From contig OZ059896.1 in assembly GCA_964057225.1 (NCBI GenBank), positions 20,026,001-20,090,000 on the forward strand: a DNA stretch of 64,000 nt, in the 5' to 3' direction. This DNA is from Auanema rhodensis (taxonomy: Eukaryota > Animalia > Nematoda). Numbering within the stretch: position 1 is the first letter of the stretch; each line of letters starts with the position of its first letter. Shown piece after piece: positions 58,001 to 64,000 of this stretch. A model generated the notes under the pieces. The model had not been told where the DNA came from. It ran no database searches and saw only the letters and a list, made by a program, of their open reading frames with translations. The translations under genes and the position numbers were made by a program.

Positions 58001-61000
58001 TTTCAAGGCAAAGACGATGGACAGTGTTATTCAACGAAAAAATTAATTCTTCAGGGTGAAAATCGAGGATATAAGTGTGAACTTATATCAGTTGATATCT
58101 CGGTGCATTTTTAAGCTAGCGCAAATCTGATAACACAGATCGACGCAGCTTAAAAATCCACATCGAATGCACTAAACTACATTGAGAAACGCTTAATACA
58201 AAAATTAGTTATGATCGTTTGAAAAATGATGCATTAATGTATGTTGAGTTTCCATGTACACTCAACATTGCTTCCAAAAACATTTTGACAAAAATTTTTT
58301 CGAAAAATTTCAAAATAATTTAGCAAAAAGTAGATGTTTTTAGATTCCATTTTTCAAGGCAAAGACGATGGACAATGTTATTCAACGAAAAAATTAATTC
58401 TTCAGGGTGAAAATCGAGGATATAAGTGTGAACTTATATCAGTTGATATCTCGGTGCATTTTTAAGCTAGCGCAAATCTGATAACACAGATCGACGCAGC
58501 TTAAAAATCCGCATCGAATGCACTAAACTACATTGAGAAACGCTTAATACAAAAATTAGTTATGATCGTTTGAAAAATGATGCATTAATGTATGTTGAGT
58601 TTCCATGTACACTCAACATTGCTTCCAAAAACATTTTGACAAAAATTTTTTCGAAAAATTTCAAAATAATTTAGCAAAAAGTAGATGTTTTTAGATTCCA
58701 TTTCTCAAGGCAAAGACGATAGACAATGTTATTCAACGAAAAAATTAATTCTTCAGGGTGAAAATCGAGGATATAAGTGTGAACTTATATCAGTTGATAT
58801 CTCGGTGCATTTCTAAGCTAGCGCAAATCTGATAACACAGATCGACGCAGCTTAAAAATCCGCATCGAATGCACTATACTACATTGAGAAACGCTTGATA
58901 CAAAAATTAGTTATGATCGTTTGAAAAATGATGCATTAGTGTATGTTGAGTTTCCATGTACACTCAACATTGCTTCCAAAAACATTTTGACAAAAATTTT
59001 TTCGAAAAATTTCAAAATAATTTAGCAAAAAGTAGATGTTTTTAGATTCCATTTTTCAAGGCAAAGACGATGGACAGTGTTATTCAACGAAAAAATTAAT
59101 TCTTCAGGGTGAAAATCGAGGATATAAGTGTGAACTTATATCAGTTGATATCTCGGTGCATTTTTAAGCTAGCGCAAATCTGATAACACAGATCGACGCA
59201 GCTTAAAAATCCACATCGAATGCACTAAACTACATTGAGAAACGCTTAATACAAAAATTAGTTATGATCGTTTGAAAAATGATGCATTAATGTATGTTGA
59301 GTTTCCATGTACACTCAACATTGCTTCCAAAAACATTTTGACAAAAATTTTTTCGAAAAATTTCAAAATAATTTAGCAAAAAGTAGATGTTTTTAGATTC
59401 CATTTTTCAAGGCAAAGACGATGGACAATGTTATTCAACGAAAAAATTAATTCTTCAGGGTGAAAATCGAGGATATAAGTGTGAACTTATATCAGTTGAT
59501 ATCTCGGTGCATTTTTAAGCTAGCGCAAATCTGATAACACAGATCGACGCAGCTTAAAAATCCGCATCGAATGCACTAAACTACATTGAGAAACGCTTAA
59601 TACAAAAATTAGTTATGATCGTTTGAAAAATGATGCATTAATGTATGTTGAGTTTCCATGTACACTCAACATTGCTTCCAAAAACATTTTGACAAAAATT
59701 TTTTCGAAAAATTTCAAAATAATTTAGCAAAAAGTAGATGTTTTTAGATTCCATTTTTCAAGGCAAAGACGATGGACAGTGTTATTCAACGAAAAAATTA
59801 ATTCTTCAGGGTGAAAATCGAGGATATAAGTGTGAACTTATATCAGTTGATATCTCGGTGCATTTTTAAGCTAGCGCAAATCTGATAACACAGATCGACG
59901 CAGCTTAAAAATGCGCATCGAATGCACTATACTACATTGAGAAACGCTTGATACAAAAATTAGTTATGATCGTTTGAAAAATGATGCATTAGTGTATGTT
60001 GAGTTTCCATGTACACTCAACATTGCTTCCAAAAACATTTTGACAAAAATTTTTTCGAAAAATTTCAAAATAATTTAGCAAAAAGTAGATGTTTTTAGAT
60101 TCCATTTCTCAAGGCAAAGACGATGGACAATGTTATTCAACGAAAAAACTAATTCTTCAGGGTGAAAATCGAGGATATAAGTGTGAACTTATATCAGTTG
60201 ATATCTCGGTGCATTTTTAAGCTAGCGCAAATCTGATAACACAGATCGACGCAGCTTAAAAATGCGCATCGAATGCACTATACTACATTGAGAAACGCTT
60301 GATACAAAAATTAGTTATGATCGTTTGAAAAATGATGCATTAGTGTATGTTGAGTTTCCATGTACACTCAACATTGCTTCCAAAAACATTTTGACAAAAA
60401 TTTTTTCGAAAAATTTCAAAATAATTTAGCAAAAAGTAGATGTTTTTAGATTCCATTTTTCAAGGCAAAGACGATGGACAGTGTTATTCAACGAAAAAAT
60501 TAATTCTTCAGGGTGAAAATCGAGGATATAAGTGTGAACTTATATCAGTTGATATCTCGGTGCATTTTTAAGCTAGCGCAAATCTGATAACACAGATCGA
60601 CGCAGCTTAAAAATCCGCATCGAATGCACTAAACTACATTGAGAAACGCTTAATACAAAAATTAGTTATGATCGTTTGAAAAATGATGCATTAATGTATG
60701 TTGAGTTTCCATGTACACTCAACATTGCTTCCAAAAACATTTTGACAAAAATTTTTTCGAAAAATTTCAAAATAATTTAGCAAAAAGTAGATGTTTTTAG
60801 ATTCCATTTTTCAAGGCAAAGACGATGGACAATGTTATTCAACGAAAAAATTAATTCTTCAGGGTGAAAATCGAGGATATAAGTGTGAACTTATATCAGT
60901 TGATATCTCGGTGCATTTTTAAGCTAGCGCAAATCTGATAACACAGATCGACGCAGCTTAAAAATGCGCATCGAATGCACTATACTACATTGAGAAACGC

Positions 61001-64000
61001 TTGATACAAAAATTAGTTATGATCGTTTGAAAAATGATGCATTAGTGTATGTTGAGTTTCCATGTACACTCAACATTGCTTCCAAAAACATTTTGACAAA
61101 AATTTTTTCGAAAAATTTCAAAATAATTTAGCAAAAAGTAGATGTTTTTAGATTCCATTTCTCAAGGCAAAGACGATGGACAATGTTATTCAACGAAAAA
61201 ACTAATTCTTCAGGGTGAAAATCGAGGATATAAGTGTGAACTTATATCAGTTGATATCTCGGTGCATTTTTAAGCTAGCGCAAATCTGATAACACAGATC
61301 GACGCAGCTTAAAAATGCGCATCGAATGCACTATACTACATTGAGAAACGCTTGATACAAAAATTAGTTATGATCGTTTGAAAAATGATGCATTAGTGTA
61401 TGTTGAGTTTCCATGTACACTCAACATTGCTTCCAAAAACATTTTGACAAAAATTTTTTCGAAAAATTTCAAAATAATTTAGCAAAAAGTAGATGTTTTT
61501 AGATTCCATTTTTCAAGGCAAAGACGATGGACAGTGTTATTCAACGAAAAAATTAATTCTTCAGGGTGAAAATCGAGGATATAAGTGTGAACTTATATCA
61601 GTTGATATCTCGGTGCATTTTTAAGCTAGCGCAAATCTGATAACACAGATCGACGCAGCTTAAAAATCCGCATCGAATGCACTAAACTACATTGAGAAAC
61701 GCTTAATACAAAAATTAGTTATGATCGTTTGAAAAATGATGCATTAATGTATGTTGAGTTTCCATGTACACTCAACATTGCTTCCAAAAACATTTTGACA
61801 AAACTTTTTTCGAAAAATTTCAAAATAATTTAGCAAAAAGTAGATGTTTTTAGATTCCATTTTTCAAGGCAAAGACGATGGACAATGTTATTCAACGAAA
61901 AAATTAATTCTTCAGGGTGAAAATCGAGGATATAAGTGTGAACTTATATCAGTTGATATCTCGGTGCATTTTTAAGCTAGCGCAAATCTGATAACACAGA
62001 TCGACGCAGCTTAAAAATCCGCATCGAATGCACTAAACTACATTGAGAAACGCTTAATACAAAAATTAGTTATGATCGTTTGAAAAATGATGCATTAATG
62101 TATGTTGAGTTTCCATGTACACTCAACATTGCTTCCAAAAACATTTTGACAAAAATTTTTTCGAAAAATTTCAAAATAATTTAGCAAAAAGTAGATGTTT
62201 TTAGATTCCATTTTTCAAGGCAAAGACGATGGACAGTGTTATTCAACGAAAAAATTAATTCTTCAGGGTGAAAATCGAGGATATAAGTGTGAACTTATAT
62301 CAGTTGATATCTCGGTGCATTTTTAAGCTAGCGCAAATCTGATAACACAGATCGACGCAGCTTAAAAATGCGCATCGAATGCACTATACTACATTGAGAA
62401 ACGCTTGATACAAAAATTAGTTATGATCGTTTGAAAAATGATGCATTAGTGTATGTTGAGTTTCCATGTACACTCAACATTGCTTCCAAAAACATTTTGA
62501 CAAAAATTTTTTCGAAAAATTTCAAAATAATTTAGCAAAAAGTAGATGTTTTTAGATTCCATTTTTCAAGGCAAAGACGATGGACAATGTTATTCAACGA
62601 AAAAATTAATTCTTCAGGGTGAAAATCGAGGATATAAGTGTGAACTTATATCAGTTGATATCTCGGTGCATTTTTAAGCTAGCGCAAATCTGATAACACA
62701 GATCGACGCAGCTTAAAAATCCGCATCGAATGCACTATACTACATTGAGAAACGCTTAATACAAAAATTAGTTATGATCGTTTGAAAAATGATGCATTAG
62801 TGTATGTTGAGTTTCCATGTACACTCAACATTGCTTCCAAAAACATTTTGACAAAAATTTTTTCGAAAAATTTCAAAATAATTTAGCAAAAAGTAGATGT
62901 TTTTAGATTCCATTTTTCAAGGCAAAGACGATGGACAGTGTTATTCAACGAAAAAATTAATTCTTCAGGGTGAAAATCGAGGATATAAGTGTGAACTTAT
63001 ATGAGTTGATATCTCGGTGCATTTTTAAGCTAGCGCAAATCTGATAACACAGATCGACGCAGCTTAAAAATCCGCATCGAATGCACTATACTACATTGAA
63101 AAACGCTTGATACAAAAATTAGTTATGATCGTTTGAAAAATGATGCATTAGTGTATGTTGAGTTTCCATGTACACTCAACATTGCTTCCAAAAACATTTT
63201 GACAAAAATTTTTTCGAAAAATTTCAAAATAATTTAGCAAAAAGTAGATGTTTTTAGATTCCATTTTTCAAGGCAAAGACGATGGACAGTGTTATTCAAC
63301 GAAAAAATTAATTCTTCAGGGTGAAAATCGAGGATATAAGTGTGAACTTATATCAGTTGATATCTCGGTGCATTTTTAAGCTAGCGCAAATCTGATAACA
63401 CAGATCGACGCAGCTTAAAAATGCGCATCGAATGCACTATACTACATTGAGAAACGCTTGATACAAAAATTAGTTATGATCGTTTGAAAAATGATGCATT
63501 AGTGTATGTTGAGTTTCCATGTACACTCAACATTGCTTCCAAAAACATTTTGACAAAAATTTTTTCGAAAAATTTCAAAATAATTTAGCAAAAAGTAGAT
63601 GTTTTTAGATTCCATTTTTCAAGGCAAAGACGATGGACAGTGTTATTCAACGAAAAAATTAATTCTTCAGGGTGAAAATCGAGGATATAAGTGTGAACTT
63701 ATATCAGTTGATATCTCGGTGCATTTTTAAGCTAGCGCAAATCTGATAACACAGATCGACGCAGCTTAAAAATGCGCATCGAATGCACTATACTACATTG
63801 AGAAACGCTTGATACAAAAATTAGTTATGATCGTTTGAAAAATGATGCATTAATGTATGTTGAGTTTCCATGTACACTCAACATTGCTTCCAAAAACATT
63901 TTGACAAAACTTTTTTCGAAAAATTTCAAAATAATTTAGCAAAAAGTAGATGTTTTTAGATTCCATTTTTCAAGGCAAAGACGATGGACAATGTTATTCA
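54747..64000. repeat. Distinct monomer subfamily domain (A93-C99-G108-G114, T207) carrying C253G, G264A and T97C, with frequent T270A/G332A
   Basis: Nearly all copies read CCATTTTTCAAGGCAAAGACGATGGAC (exception: 58608 has A114). Small local repeats are the dimer 55800-57203 (x2) and 60012-60713 = 61065-61766. Confidence 0.85.

Larger units (their letters stand above)
1..64000. repeat. Tandem satellite DNA array, 351-bp monomer, ~182.4 copies, single orientation, extending beyond both window edges
   Basis: TACACTCAACATTGCTTCC recurs at 1, 352, 703, 1053, 1404 (with one SNV), 1755 ... 63522, 63873. 182 x 351 minus ten 1-bp deletions (copies starting at 703, 5265, 5615, 8071, 9825, 12632, 14737, 25266, 31934, 40708) = 63872, which matches the last start at 63873. 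No unique sequence seen. Confidence 0.99.

Noticed and set aside
1-64000. CRISPR array or other prokaryotic repeat system
   Set aside because: No unique spacers, the unit is 351 bp and contiguous, and there are no cas or other genes.

Overview
The whole 64 kb window is one uninterrupted head-to-tail satellite DNA array. It holds 182 complete copies plus a 128-bp partial copy of a 351-bp monomer, about 31% GC (108/351 counted in copy 1). By phase tracking, 172 copies are 351 bp and 10 are 350 bp through single-base deletions. I saw no insertions, strand switches, transposons, genes, RNA genes or CRISPR spacers. Copies differ by only a few substitutions each, which is typical of a recently homogenised eukaryotic (peri)centromeric or heterochromatic satellite. 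I cannot assign the organism or satellite family from the sequence alone. The interesting signal is internal: (1) each monomer carries several dyads, including a ~67-nt imperfect hairpin at monomer positions 195-261; (2) diagnostic SNVs reveal short-lived local higher-order repeats (2-, 4-, 5- and 7-mers) and haplotype domains that replace each other along the array; (3) mosaic monomers record intra-monomer recombination; (4) the single predicted ORF arises because one copy lost a stop codon. 'mN' means position N within the monomer, numbered as in copy 1 (window 1-351). All variant calls were made by eye and should be confirmed by alignment. I found no convincing new protein-coding system.
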